The notes under the pieces are model-generated. The model made no database searches. It was not told the origin of the DNA and saw nothing but the letters and a program-made list of their open reading frames with translations. From contig NC_068982.1 in the NCBI RefSeq assembly GCF_001194135.2, positions 164,560,100 through 164,605,086 of the forward strand: a stretch of 44,987 bases of DNA, written 5' to 3'. This DNA comes from Octopus bimaculoides. Lineage: Eukaryota. Within the stretch, counting starts at the first letter, position 1, and the number at the start of each line of letters is the position of its first letter. Shown here one piece after another: positions 1-13,060 of this stretch. Both the position numbers and the translations under genes were made by a program.

Positions 1-60
<60 letters not shown>

Positions 61-81
61 TGTATGTATGTATGTATGTAT
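1..81. repeat. (TA)n/(TATG)n microsatellite
   Basis: Direct reading: TA repeats grading into a (TATG)n run. Confidence 0.95.
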
Positions 82-719
82 ATTTTCAGAATTTATGTAA
101 ATGTGTATAGAATGATATATATGTTAAATAAAGACACAAAGTGAGGTTGGAAGAAAGATAAAAGAAATAACTTTTTATTAACATGTTTAGACATGTTCTG
201 AACGGAAATAACAACAATAATATAACAATCAGTTAACGATGTGTATTAAAAATTATCTTTAACATATGAATATAAACAAATTACAGAAAACTCCCACCGA
301 TTAAAATAAAACAATCGAAATCAATTAAGTTTACTCACTCATAAAACCACAAGCTAAGTGGTTAAAATAAAGGCGGCATCTATGCCAGTAATATCGGTAT
401 GTCCGGAAAACCGCGACGTTTAAGCTGCATACTGACTGGTCAAAACCGTTTTCTAAAAAATCAGCTTGTCAGAGCATTCCAAGAGGTACAAAAAGGAAGA
501 CGTCAGTCATTGTGCTACAGTTGTCAAGAACTCAGCTAAATACACTTTGAAATCGGATGATTACTACGAACGTATGAAAGTGCTAAATGAACTTTATGAA
601 CATTGCACAATATTTTTTTTTCTTTAATGTTTAACACACTTGAACATTCTGAAATTGTTAAATACAATAATAAAGAAACGTCCAAAAACCAGACCATATT
701 TTAAATTTATGCAAGTGAT

Positions 720-779
720 ACATGCATACATACATACATATATATATATATTCATATATATATATATATATATATGTGT

Positions 780-817
<38 letters not shown>

Positions 818-1277
818 ATATATATATATATATANNNNNNNNNNNNNNNNNNNNNNNNNNNNNNNNNNNNNNNNNNNNNNNNNNNNNNNNNNNNNNNNNN
901 NNNNNNNNNNNNNNNNNNNNNNNNNNNNNNNNNNNNNNNNNNNNNNNNNNNNNNNNNNNNNNNNNNNNNNNNNNNNNNNNNNNNNNNNNNNNNNNNNNNN
1001 NNNNNNNNNNNNNNNNNNNNNNNNNNNNNNNNNNNNNNNNNNNNNNNNNNNNNNNNNNNNNNNNNNNNNNNNNNNNNNNNNNNNNNNNNNNNNNNNNNNN
1101 NNNNNNNNNNNNNNNNNNNNNNNNNNNNNNNNNNNNNNNNNNNNNNNNNNNNNNNNNNNNNNNNNNNNNNNNNNNNNNNNNNNNNNNNNNNNNNNNNNNN
1201 NNNNNNNNNNNNNNNNNNNNNNNNNNNNNNNNNNNNNNNNNNNNNNNNNATATATATATATATATATATATATATAC
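720..1277. repeat. Compound (TA)n/(TG)n microsatellite spanning assembly gap 835-1249
   Basis: TACA, TA and TG runs on the left and (TA)n on the right of a 415-N gap. Confidence 0.9.
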
Positions 1278-1526
1278 ACGCGTGTGAGTTGATAAAGAGA
1301 AGAAAGAGGTACTGAACATATTTAGTGGGAGTATCTGATACTATTAAAAACATTCTCATTCTGTGCTATGCAACGTGAACTTCGTCAAGCTCAGGCGGTA
1401 AGGTCGCCTGAACTCGATGAGCTAGATTCTCTGGTAAGCCTAGGAATCTTTAAGTTGTAAAGGTCCGAATGAAGCTGTTTTAAATAATAATTTATATCTT
1501 AGGATGAACATGTATCTCCGTTGAGT

Positions 1527-2165
1527 TGTATCTGCAATAGAGTGGATGAAACCATTGCCCACATCATGAACGAATGCCGTAGACATGCCTTAAACCACTA
1601 CATGTTGTGGCGACCTGACCAGGAAGCACTAAATTGGAAACAGTGCGAAAAGTGGAGGCTACAGAGAGACATGGTATAAGTACAGACCGCAGAAAGTGGC
1701 AGAGTCGGAGACTAGAAAAATCCTCTGGGATTTCCCAATCCAAACACATGATGTGCTAGAGCTTAACAGACCGGACCGAGTGGTGGTGGACAAGGTGCAC
1801 CACATATGCTATATAGTTGACGTTGCATGCCACTTTGACCCACGAATAGTCAAGAAGGAAGACAGAAAGATAGATGCAGCCCTCTTAATTACGAAATAGC
1901 CTGGCTATGGAAAATGAAGAAGATGAAGATAGTGCCAATTATTGTTGGGTCCTCAAAAGTATCGAGAGGAATATAAAGGAAATTGGAATGGAGTGTCCAG
2001 TAGAACGGTTACAAATCGTTTTCTTCCTTGGCACGGCCAGAATAATGTGGAAAGTATTAGATAGCTGAAAAGAATGAATAGTATGGTACTGTAGTATGCA
2101 GTTAGTAAGTCCGCTACGCATGCAAGACTCCAGGAGCTCCAACAAAACCTGCAATAAGGAGAAAA
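1527..2165 (+). mobile_element. Decayed 3' fragment A of an R4/Dong-like non-LTR retrotransposon (zinc knuckle + restriction-like endonuclease + 3' UTR)
   Basis: Translation across frameshifts gives CICNRVDETIAHIMNEC (degenerate CCHC knuckle), then ILWDFPIQT...NRPDRVVVDK...CYIVDVACHFD (PD-D/ExK RLE core), WKMKKMKIVPIIVG, and GTARIMWKVLDS* ending at 2068. This is the typical C-terminus of R4/Dong ORFs. A short AAT run follows at about 2164. Confidence 0.85.
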
Positions 2166-2260
2166 TAATAATAATAGTGATAACCAATATAAACCCCCGT
2201 AAGACAAAATATCTTCGATCAACAACATCACAACAATTGATACTGTGCGACGTCTTAAGC

Positions 2261-2344
<84 letters not shown>
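2261..2344 (+). repeat. (AAT)28 microsatellite
   Basis: Perfect 84-nt AAT run. Confidence 0.98.
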
Positions 2345-2346
<2 letters not shown>

Positions 2347-2424
2347 AGAAAAAAAATGCTTTCTAATTGATGTATCAATACCAGCAGATGACAACGTTTC
2401 TCGAAAAGAAATGGAAAAACTTTC
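2345..2424 (+). mobile_element. 5'-truncated R4/Dong-like RLE fragment B, cut off by assembly gap 2425-2772
   Basis: Starts directly after (AAT)28 and reads EEKKCFLIDVSIPADDNVSRKEMEKL, the RLE 'IDVSIP.D.N...KE.EK' segment. Confidence 0.75.
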
Positions 2425-2772
2425 NNNNNNNNNNNNNNNNNNNNNNNNNNNNNNNNNNNNNNNNNNNNNNNNNNNNNNNNNNNNNNNNNNNNNNNNNNNN
2501 NNNNNNNNNNNNNNNNNNNNNNNNNNNNNNNNNNNNNNNNNNNNNNNNNNNNNNNNNNNNNNNNNNNNNNNNNNNNNNNNNNNNNNNNNNNNNNNNNNNN
2601 NNNNNNNNNNNNNNNNNNNNNNNNNNNNNNNNNNNNNNNNNNNNNNNNNNNNNNNNNNNNNNNNNNNNNNNNNNNNNNNNNNNNNNNNNNNNNNNNNNNN
2701 NNNNNNNNNNNNNNNNNNNNNNNNNNNNNNNNNNNNNNNNNNNNNNNNNNNNNNNNNNNNNNNNNNNNNNNN

Positions 2773-2846
<74 letters not shown>

Positions 2847-2859
2847 TGATAATAACAAT
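2773..2859 (+). repeat. (AAT)n microsatellite with degenerate 3' end
   Basis: AAT run immediately after the gap, decaying into AAC/GAT variants. Confidence 0.95.
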
Positions 2860-4380
2860 CGTCTGTACATGGATGACTTTAAAATTTTCACTAAAAATAC
2901 CACGGAACAGAGAAACCTTCTAAAAGTTGTCCATAATTTTATCAAGGACAACGGTATGAATGTGATAAAGTGTCATTGAGAAGAGGCAAATTAATCAGCA
3001 CTGAAAACACTGCACTCCACATAGACACAGAAATCAGAGAACTAGACCACAATTGCGCATACAAATATCTAGGAATAGACGAAACAGCTAAAATACAGCA
3101 CACAGAAATGAAGGAGAAAATTATGAGAGAATACTACAGAAGCGTTAGAGTACTATTAACAACTGAGCTCAATGCTGAAAATAAGATCATAGGAATATAA
3201 AGATGCTAGCCATACCAGTCATAGATTACAGCTTCAACACAATAAACTCGAAGATATGTGAATTGAGAAACTTAGATAGAAAAACCAGAAAACTATTAAC
3301 AGTATACCGAAGTCGCCATCCTAAAGCAGACGCAGACGGAATATATTTACCTCGCTCAGAAGAGGTTCGTGGCTTTATACAGACAGAGAATAATTACAAA
3401 GTAACAACAGTTAGACTAGTATTCAGAAACAAAGTGTAGAAGACTACTACATGTAATAACGCAACATGAGAAAAAGAAAACATTTTTCTCAGTTCACAAG
3501 GAGGCCACAAAATCCAAATCGGAAACAAACTATACCGATACACTGACATTAGATAACAACATAGAAGAAATGGTCAGAGACAAAAAAAAAATCATAAAAT
3601 ACATGAAAACCGAATTACAAAATATACTAAAGTAGAAGTAGGAAAAATCACTCCATGGCCAATACACTTGAAGGCTTGGAAGAGACGTTTGCCTAACTAA
3701 AAACCAAGAAGCGTTCAAACACTCTGGACTAAAAACTGAAAGGGAAGGAGTTTCTCATTGCACAAGACCAATGTCTGTCTACGAACAACTATAAAAGCAA
3801 AAGAATGAAAACACGCCCGAACATCAAATGCAGATTGTCAACTAGCACAATGAGACAGTTGATCACATCATCTCAAACCTGAATATATATACATGCACAA
3901 TCGACAAAGTAGTTATATCCACAGGACAATATAGCGACACTGCAACATAAAAATCGACAATAAATGGTATAAACAAGTTTCAAACAATGTACAAGACAAT
4001 AACCAGGCCACAATCATCTGGGATAGTTTGTTCAAAGAGACAAAGAAATAAAAGCATATCACCCAGGCATAATAATCAAGGATTGGAAGAAAAAACATCT
4101 GTTTACTGATAGACATTGCTTTACCTTCTGACCGAAATATTGTACACAAGGAAGTGGTATGAATTTCAAAGTACATAGACCGCAAAATACACGTATTCAA
4201 GATGTGGAGTATGAATGTGAAAAATAATACCAGTAATAACTGGCACATTGGACATGATAAAAAATACACATTAGCAAAAACATAGACATTATACCTGAAT
4301 CCTCAACACTACACATGACCCCAAAAATAGTCCTGCTAGGGATGCCCAAATCGTACGCAAGACACCATCAATTCAATAAT
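2860..4380 (+). mobile_element. 5'-truncated decayed R4/Dong-like retrotransposon C (RT from YMDD, thumb region, knuckle remnant, RLE)
   Basis: LYMDDFKIF at 2863-2889 (RT catalytic motif); YKYLGIDE and LDRKTRKLLT...HPKADADGIYLPRSE (ORFs 2970-3200 and 3203-3439); KCRL...ETVDHIIS near 3826-3874; IIWD...CLLIDIALPSDRNIVHKE near 4012-4153; KIIPVITGTL near 4220. Many stops and frameshifts. Confidence 0.88.
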
Positions 4381-4704
4381 ACACCCTAAACAAAGCAATC
4401 CACAAACACAAGACATCAATATAACAAATATGCAACAAATATTCAATAAAATAAACTACCACCAGAAAACTGAATACCCAACGCATTACACGAACAGCAC
4501 ACAATACAAACACTAATACAATAAAATACTGCAGCACACCTAAAAGATAAGGAAACTGAAGCAATGAAATACCGGGAAGAGTCTGCTCATTCTAAACAGC
4601 AGAAACGAACACATGCTGTACGCACCACATTAACACGGAGGTGTGGCGGGTGATGCAGAAAAAAATTGCTGAAACTACCATATGTTGAACAATGATGATA
4701 ATAA

Positions 4705-5010
4705 ATGCCCTGGTGCAATACCAGTAATTGGCTATCATGGCTTCTGATCTCAACTGATTTGAAATGTTGTCATGTACATGCTTTGTTTTGGTGTAAAAGA
4801 TGAGCTATAACAAATATTTTGCTCAGTACCACAGATTTGCTTGTTTGTTGCTTGACCATATCCGGCTGAGCATGACCCTTGTTAACTAGCAGTATGCGCA
4901 TTTCTGATTACTAGCAAGAGTAGTGGGGTAGCATTATAGCCATGTGTTGAGAGGAATTCTTTGGAGTTTGAATAATTTGCCTCTTTAAACATGGATGTTT
5001 CGTTCATCAT
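4705..5010. mobile_element. Diverged fragment of an interspersed repeat, recalled as an abundant octopus repeat, preceded by a degenerate AAT tract
   Basis: The stretch atgccctggtgcaataccag...catggcttctgatc...tgtgttgagaggaattctttgg resembles a common octopus repeat from memory only. It follows aatgatgataataa at 4691-4704. Confidence 0.4.
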
Positions 5011-6594
5011 TATATGCTAAATTACGATTAGTTTCTTCCAAATCATTGCTCAGAAATAGAAACTATTCATGTTATTTTTGTAAACAAGTAAAAGATACTT
5101 TAATGCATGTCTTTCAAATTCGATCGCTTGTTATGTAAAATTAATTACAGCTGAAGATTAGCTTATAACTATATTAGGTTTTAAGAGTGTGTTTGAGTTT
5201 ACATATCAGATTTTCCAAAATCATTTGCAAGACATTTGAATACACAAAACATACTGCATATGATGATTCTTATCATTGTATATCTGATAAAAATATTCTT
5301 ATGTTTTTCAATTGAATCACCATGAGATAATCTAAAGTTTGTACTCGATTAGAGCTAATAAATGAGAGGATTTATTGAAGCACTTCAAAATACCTAACCC
5401 TTGAAAACAGGCTGGCCTGAAAAGATTTTATTTCATAATGTTTATCTAATTCTCAATTATTCTCATTCATATTTGAGAGATCTGATATTTCATTTCTATT
5501 AAACACAAACATACTTTTTTGCATGTAATTTCAGCTCAAACTTTAATTTAATGTATTACCCTATTTCATTGTATTGAGCTTTACTATTTTACAGCAATGG
5601 ACTTCATTCCACCCATTAGGCTGACTGAGAAGTAAGCCTCATTAAAAGCATTGGTGATGCCTGAATATAGAATTGCTCGTATATTGTGAAGCATTTTGTA
5701 AACAATTTTCAAGTGGTAAACCAATGATTTGTCAAGTTAAAAAGTAGGGTATATAACCTGCTATTATTCTAGGGATGTCTAAAATCTTCGGTTATCAAAT
5801 ATTTGGCATTTGATTTTCTCTGTCAGTTCAGGAAACGTATTTAATATTCAATTTTACTGCATATTAAATGCGATATCAATAAAATATATTAGAGGAATCT
5901 CACTTTTTAAAAAATCTAACTCGCTACTACACAGGCATAATGTTAGAAAACTACTTAAAATTTGAATTTTGTAATTTGGGCCTCGTAATGAATCTACTGC
6001 TATATTTTAACATACAGTGATACGTCATATAATTGATTGATTGAATGGCAAGCGAAGTGACTGCTACTTAGTTGCTCAAATAAATGGAAATGTTAGAACA
6101 ATTCCTTTTGAACCACGCTTTCGGGGGTGGAGTGGGGTTTTGAAAATAACATCTTTAATAATATGCTTCAATGTACTCTAGTTGACAGAAGCAATGGGAT
6201 AGTTAAGCTGCAATACCTTTGATATGTATGCACAATCATGCCTAAAGTCAATAACATCATATAATTGAGTTATAAGAACAAAAACGTTTATATAATATAA
6301 TGATGAACGCAATGATATGCACACGATACGCATAACGAAGGAAAATATATGAAGTTAAGATTATTTAAACGTTGTAGCTGTATATATGAGTTGACCTCGA
6401 AGTTCCGTCAGATATAATCCGAACACGTTACACTCTAGCAATACTTAGAATGATTTTGCAAGGCATATATAACGGCGATATGCAGACGAATAAGGCTATA
6501 ATCAACTTGAAAAAGCAATTTCGTATATCGCCTGTATTTTAAGTACGAAGTGCTATTTATTGCATTATTGCATTTCCTTTGTTTCCGTGTACAG

Positions 6595-6618
6595 TTTGAA
6601 ATAAAGATTAACCTACAG
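6595..6618 (+). other. Candidate 24-nt microexon (phase 0-0, FEIKINLQ)
   Basis: Pyrimidine tract catttcctttgtttccgtgtacAG, then 24 nt, then CAG|GTAAGT consensus donor. Only frame 0 is open. Motif-based only. Confidence 0.35.
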
Positions 6619-9600
6619 GTAAGTAAAGAGAATAATATTTGATTTTATAGTTACTTAAAATTTGTTTTGCGGAGAATGGCTTTTAATAATGTTATTTTTT
6701 GAGCCAGTATTCAAAATCGCTTTGTAGCTTCCACGAAGGAAATTTTTAAAAATCATGTATATGCGAAATTTTGTCATTTTTACAAATATTATGAATGTCA
6801 CAATTTATTATTTTGCATAGTGTTATATTAAGGCTATACTAGGTATTTTATTAAAAGAGGTGTTCATTCCTTAATGTGCCATATAAATTCTATTAAACCA
6901 GTAGAACATCTAAAATAATTTTGCTAACGATAAATACGTTATAGCATCAATTAAAATAACAATAAATGTTGGAATAATTTCATTTACCTACGACTTGTAA
7001 CAGCGAACATTCGGTTATATATTATATATTAGTTTTTTATAATATTGGTAGTAAGTAAACGTTTGCTAAAATTATTATTTTTCTTAATAGTTTGAATTCT
7101 ATCCTTTGCAAAATAGAACACCTAGTGAAGTATTTCTGATGTTCCATTAACAGCTACTTAAATAAGGAATAGATATTGAAAATATCTGTTAGAAAATATT
7201 TCTAAAAGTATTTGTATGACATTAGGATTTAGATAATATATTGAAAACAATTTGTATACCGTAATTTAATGTTAACATACTCCAATAAGAAGTTTTCATT
7301 TTCTCTGTTGGATACGATATCTTTTCTTACAAGGTTAATTTTATTTTAAAAGGAATGGCATATATTTTGCACAATACTGTTTACCGGGCGAGGTGGCCCG
7401 GTATATTATCAAACGTATTTATTATTGCACTCTACAAAAGTTGACATGGTTCGACATACAGATGTTCTTTCTTTCATATGTTCCAGCCCAAAGACTGTGG
7501 CCAACCTGAGGCACCGTCAGTAAAATGTTCGAAGGTTGCTCGGGCAAATCGAAACCATATCTTCTGCGAACTTCACGGATGTGCTACCATTATAGCAAAG
7601 TTGTCTAGAACTTCTATTCGATTTTGTTTTACTTTTATTAATATCACGGTATTAAATTTACAAATGAATTATATGACACGGTGTCGCAGACCTGTGTCTT
7701 TGAATTATGAGTACAATCAATTTGACGCGCTTCTCCACAATTCCTTCTATCCAAATTAACCCACAACACATGGATTTACACGACTTTATAGTAGAAGGCA
7801 TGTGCCGAAGATATCCCTGAGTGGAGTTAAACAATCTTCTTAACCAACTCTGTCATGATAAATATACAATAAATATGTATTATTGAATGCATCTATAATT
7901 GCATAAATACATACATACATAGAAGCATGCATAATAAATAAATATATATATACATGTGTGTACGTGCATGTGTGTGCATGCGCATGTTTGTGGGCATATG
8001 TAATTATGGAAATTTCTAACACGAAGCTAGAAGTTGAAGAAGAATATATAAAACAAATTATCTATGCTTGGCTTATATCTCTAAAATCTCTAATCTACAT
8101 TGAATAGAACTTTTATATTTCATCGTTTCTATGCTCTTTCGGACATATATAGACAGATGCAAAAAACTTCACTCTGAAAGATTTGCCAAATTTTGCAAAT
8201 ACTCTATATATGAATAATAATATAATTTCATTTGGAAAATTTAAAGAAGAAATAAATCAAAAATAGAAGTCTATATGTATAAAATTGAAAATAATTATTT
8301 TCTCTGAAAGTCAATGAAATTTTTCTTTGTGCTTACATTGAATTTTTAATAATTCTAAAGTGATCAATCTGAAAGTGAACCCCCCTCTACCTTTATTGAA
8401 GTCGCAAACTTCAAAAAGCGAAAGGAATATCTGAATGTAAGAGTATTTACTTGCTTCCGATACACTCACTGAATACTTCAGCAACAATGGCAAATAATAT
8501 ATAAAAATGAAAGCCAAAACAAGTAGTTTATTTAATGTCTCTGTTCCGCAAACACCAAGTTATAAAGTGATATTATGCTGGATATAAAGGGTTAGAAATT
8601 ATGCCTGGAAACAAAGCAAAATATAGGCAATCTCAGCTATAAGCACACACGCACACACGCACTCTTGCATGCACGCTTGCACGCATGCATTCACGCGCGT
8701 GAACAGACACACGCATACACACATTTGCTTATTTGCTTACTTAATTTGATCATTTACTAATTCACTATTCATTTAGGAATGGATTAATTTATCTATATAA
8801 ATTTCCTTATGTTTTTGTTTATTGACAATTACAACGATATTGGAAATATAAATATTAATGATTTCAGAGTAATGACACTAGGCTTTAGCTGTATTTGGAT
8901 GAGGTATGTGTGTGCATGTATGTAAGCATGTAAGATGCTCAGAAAAAGAGATTACACAATATATATTAGTACGGTTAGAATCTGAGTACTATATTATGAA
9001 TTAAGAACCACGTTTTCGGGAAGTGAATTTACCGGAGGGTTTCCTGCATGTCATACTCACATCATTAAACAGAAGGTATCACCAAATAAACATTAGTTAT
9101 AATTATCGGGTGGAGTATAGCTAAATATTTTTGCATTCAATGGTCCGGGTGAAATCAAACCGCTTATCGTAAGGAGTGCCGGAACGAAATCTGAATACAC
9201 GCCACCCTAATATAAAAAATCAATTTGGTATAAGCTTTCAGAAGTTTATCCCTTGGCTTGGCATAAAAATTTATATACTAAAGTTATATTTAGTAATTAT
9301 ATTGTAGTGTGAGATATGATGTGTAGATGTATCCTATATACAGATGCATATATGAAAGAGATAGAGAGAGAGAAAGAGAGAGTAACAGCCAGAGGGTAAA
9401 GAATAAAGATAAGAAGGGAATAAGAAAAGTGGGATAAAGGCGAATAGAGGTATTTGGGGATTATGAGATAGACGAGTAAATCTAATAAAGCACCAAACTG
9501 TAGTTTCCGCTATTAGATGGGATCCAACAGGTTCCTCATCAAGTATTTGTGCTTATGGAATGGACGCAATAAATTTGATTCCATATTCGGAAAGATTTGC

Positions 9601-9885
9601 GACTAAAGGAAATTCTTCAAGACCATCTACTTTTTCATCAAGTAGAATTTCCACCCTCTACTTTTGCTAAAATACAGCGTATTCAATATTTACGTGTAAT
9701 TTTGTGGTTGTGTGTGTGTGGCATGCGCGTGAGTGTGTGGTGGTGGTGGTGACAGGCGTTTGTGTGCGCGTGTATATATTTGTAACAAGTCAAACTTTTG
9801 TCCATTTAGCACGGCTATGTTTTGTACAAATTAAAAAATAAAAAGATATTTTCATTCTAAATGCTCCGATATTTTCTTTGCATAG

Positions 9886-9907
9886 ATTTGATCATCTTTT
9901 TGAAGAG
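9886..9907 (+). other. Candidate 22-nt short exon (phase 2-0, FDHLFEE)
   Basis: attttctttgcatAG acceptor and GAG|GTAAAC donor. Not frame-preserving. Confidence 0.2.
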
Positions 9908-12039
9908 GTAAACATGTTTTAGAATTTGCATATAGAAGTTTTGAAGAAAATCAGATCTCTTAAAGTTTCCACATATTCATCGGTCAATATCTCAGGTTAG
10001 AGAACATTAAAGCTGTGGATAGAGAAATCGTACTTACAGAAATGAACGATAAAATTGCTTTGAAGTGTCTTTATAAAATGCACTTTGAAAAATAATTTAG
10101 ATTATCAAAAAGTTTTCTTTACTGGAAACATTTTAGACAATCTTTCGTCACATATTCTATGACCTCTTCAGCGAAGTCATAGTCTATTAATGGATTAACG
10201 AGAAGAGGAGGAGACACTTGTGATGGAGAGTCGCTGAAGAGCTCACATGATGTATTTATCACAATAGTTTTAATTTTGATGGTTATCCTTCGATATTTTC
10301 TAACTATAGGTTTTTAACCCAATATTTAGACGCCATTATTTGAAGATTGTTTGCTTCGGGATCCATCGTTCCAAAAAGAATTTATAATGTTTAAATTAAA
10401 AGATATGAATTTATAGCACAATTTTACAAATTGGAAGGTATTTTAGGTCATTTGTGGTAGATATACCTTTAGGAAACGATATGCTATGCTGACATAGATA
10501 AGTGAACCTAAATCGCTGTTTTCTGTGAGGATAGTTCAACATGTTCAGAAATCCACAACCTACTGGATAAGAAGAAACTTTTCACACTTCCAACAGAAAG
10601 ATTTAGCTGGCAAAAAAGTAGTAAGAATAGAGATCACAGAAACTGAAATTCTAAGGTTTTTTTGTTTTTGTAGAATGATCGCATTAGTTAAATGTATATA
10701 CATCTTTTCTCCTTAAAATAGATATAAAAACCCATAAACATGTAACTGTCATAGATTTATTTCACGAATGCTTGCAGCTGATGGTGTTTGCCTCTAAAAT
10801 ATGTTGTATGAAACTGTTGATACCCAGGGAAACGACAGATTGCACATTACCGATAGGAAAGGCGACTGTGACTTAAAATAGCTTGACAAAGTCGGAATTA
10901 AGAATCAAGATTTGAGCTTAATAGACACAGAGAGTATGTTGTCATCGTAAGGGCAGTGAGAGATTTCACTTGAGTATGTTTGAACAGATGTTAAGCATGG
11001 GGTATTTGGAGTTGAGTTATTGATTAAGAAATTTGAAAATATTTCCTTTGAAGATGTTCAAATGAAAATGAGGATATAAGTAAAAGTTCATGATATATCG
11101 GCTAAAATAAAGCTTACACAGAAAAAAGTGAAAATAATCAAGAGTTCGTCAATTACTGAACTACCATGGTAAACACAACTCCGAGGAGATTCTGAATAGT
11201 TTCAAACATTCATAATAGAAAAGTTGTCTGTACAAGCGAGAAAATTTTCTTTCGTTTCTTTTGAATATTGTGTAGTTTAAAAACCAATTATTCGTTTAAA
11301 AAATATGTAAATCTAACTTTAAAAAATTCCTCGTTGTATATTGGGTAAAGTAACACTTAGACAGAATCAATTGCGGGAATCCATGCACTTATGGATCGCT
11401 TATGGAGGCAGCAATAATCATTATACCAAAGAGACGCTCATAATGTGTTTTTATTTACCCTGTGGAAAATTTCAAATTAATAAATTACATCTACTACATG
11501 TATTGTATATAACTCTTACCATTTTATCTACATATGCGCAGTAGAATATAGAACTGGAAGGGATTCTAATTGCTTCGTTTGCGAACTATGTACTTGGCAC
11601 TGCATCGAGGAAAGACGTCTGCCCATGTAACCGAGAAAGGAACAGAAAGTATTTTATCCGGAATGGGTAGATTCATCCTATAGAAAACCTGAGGGCAGAG
11701 AAAAAATCTCTGCATTCAAATAAAATTACGACTTGGTCGCTCTGGTTACAGAAGCAAACATCTTACGAAATGTTTCCGAATGACGAACGAAAATAGCATC
11801 TTACTCGGTCGTCAATTACAGTTCAAGTCATGTCCCTTGTAATACGTTATTTCAGTTCTTCATCCACAGCCATCTCATTAATCATCTGCTTCCGATCCAA
11901 CCCAAGCTAAAACAACACAACCCATCCCTGCAGCATCTTTTAAATACACGCCGAGAATTTGAACTCTGCTCTCACTTATACATATCATGTATGTATGGGT
12001 GTCAATGTATGCATGCGTGTATGTATCTCTCTTCCCCCC

Positions 12040-12054
12040 CTTTTTCTCTCTCTT

Positions 12055-12130
<76 letters not shown>

Positions 12131-12185
12131 TATATAATCATATAATTGTGTATGTATATGTATATGTATATACATATGTGACTGT
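12040..12185. repeat. Compound (CT)n/(TA)n/(TG)n microsatellite
   Basis: Direct reading. Confidence 0.95.
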
Positions 12186-12909
12186 GTGTATGTCTATAGA
12201 TTTTTGCGCAACATAAGTGATGACATATTCTTTATTCTAATATTACTCTATATAAGACAAATTATTGCCTCTGTGTCAATTAAACACCCTTCAGTCACAT
12301 ATATTTTTAACTATGACTTTGTTTTACTCCATACAAAATATCCGCATTTCATTATTTCCGATGAGGTGCACTTCCTTCTCTTTGTTTTTCTTATAGAATT
12401 TTCTTTTTACCATACTTAAACATTTATTGAAAAATATTTTTTGTTCCTTTTTTTTCTCCTGACAATAATTTTCTCTTTGACTTGCAATGGTTTTATTCAA
12501 AAGTTTTGGTGGCTTGTCTAGTCAATAAATTAATCATGTGATAAAAAAGAATTATCGATTGAATTAGCTTGATATATACATTCTTCAATGACCGATGTCA
12601 GTTTTAAATAATTCCGATGTTAATCAAAATTTCATTAAATCCTTTTTGTTTTCGTTTTCTTTTTCCGTCTTTGTTTCTTTAGAAAACTTCTGTCACGTTT
12701 TATTATTTTTATTTAGTTTATTTTTTCTTTTTGCTTTTTCTTTAACGGTGCGAAGTAAAAAATAATGGAAATGAAAGACGTTCTTCATTTTCTTAATTCC
12801 ACACAACCACTGACACATATGTATATATACCACAACGTCCGCATGGAGTCACAAAAGAGACAGGCAGCAGCGTACACATAATCTTGTATCTTCTTCTCTA
12901 TCTGTTTTC

Positions 12910-12952
12910 CAGTTATACACACACTTACACACACATGAATACATACATTTAC

Positions 12953-12994
<42 letters not shown>

Positions 12995-13060
12995 GTGTGT
13001 GTGTGTGCGTGCGAGTGTATGTACGTCTATGTCTATACATGTAAGTGTGCGTGTGCTACT
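12910..13060. repeat. Compound (CA)/(TA)/(TG)n microsatellite
   Basis: Direct reading. Confidence 0.9.

Noticed and set aside
7382-7403. GC-rich 8-bp hairpin TACCGGGC-GAGGTG-GCCCGGTA as a Helitron 3' end or terminator
   Set aside because: There is no CTRR terminus shortly downstream on either strand and no other Helitron feature.
7487-7515. Possible exon after ttctttctttcatatgttccAG (PKDCGQPEA...)
   Set aside because: The acceptor is good but the donors are weak (ACC|GTCAGT, TCA|GTAAAA). The phase chain with 6595 and 9886 gives no recognisable protein.
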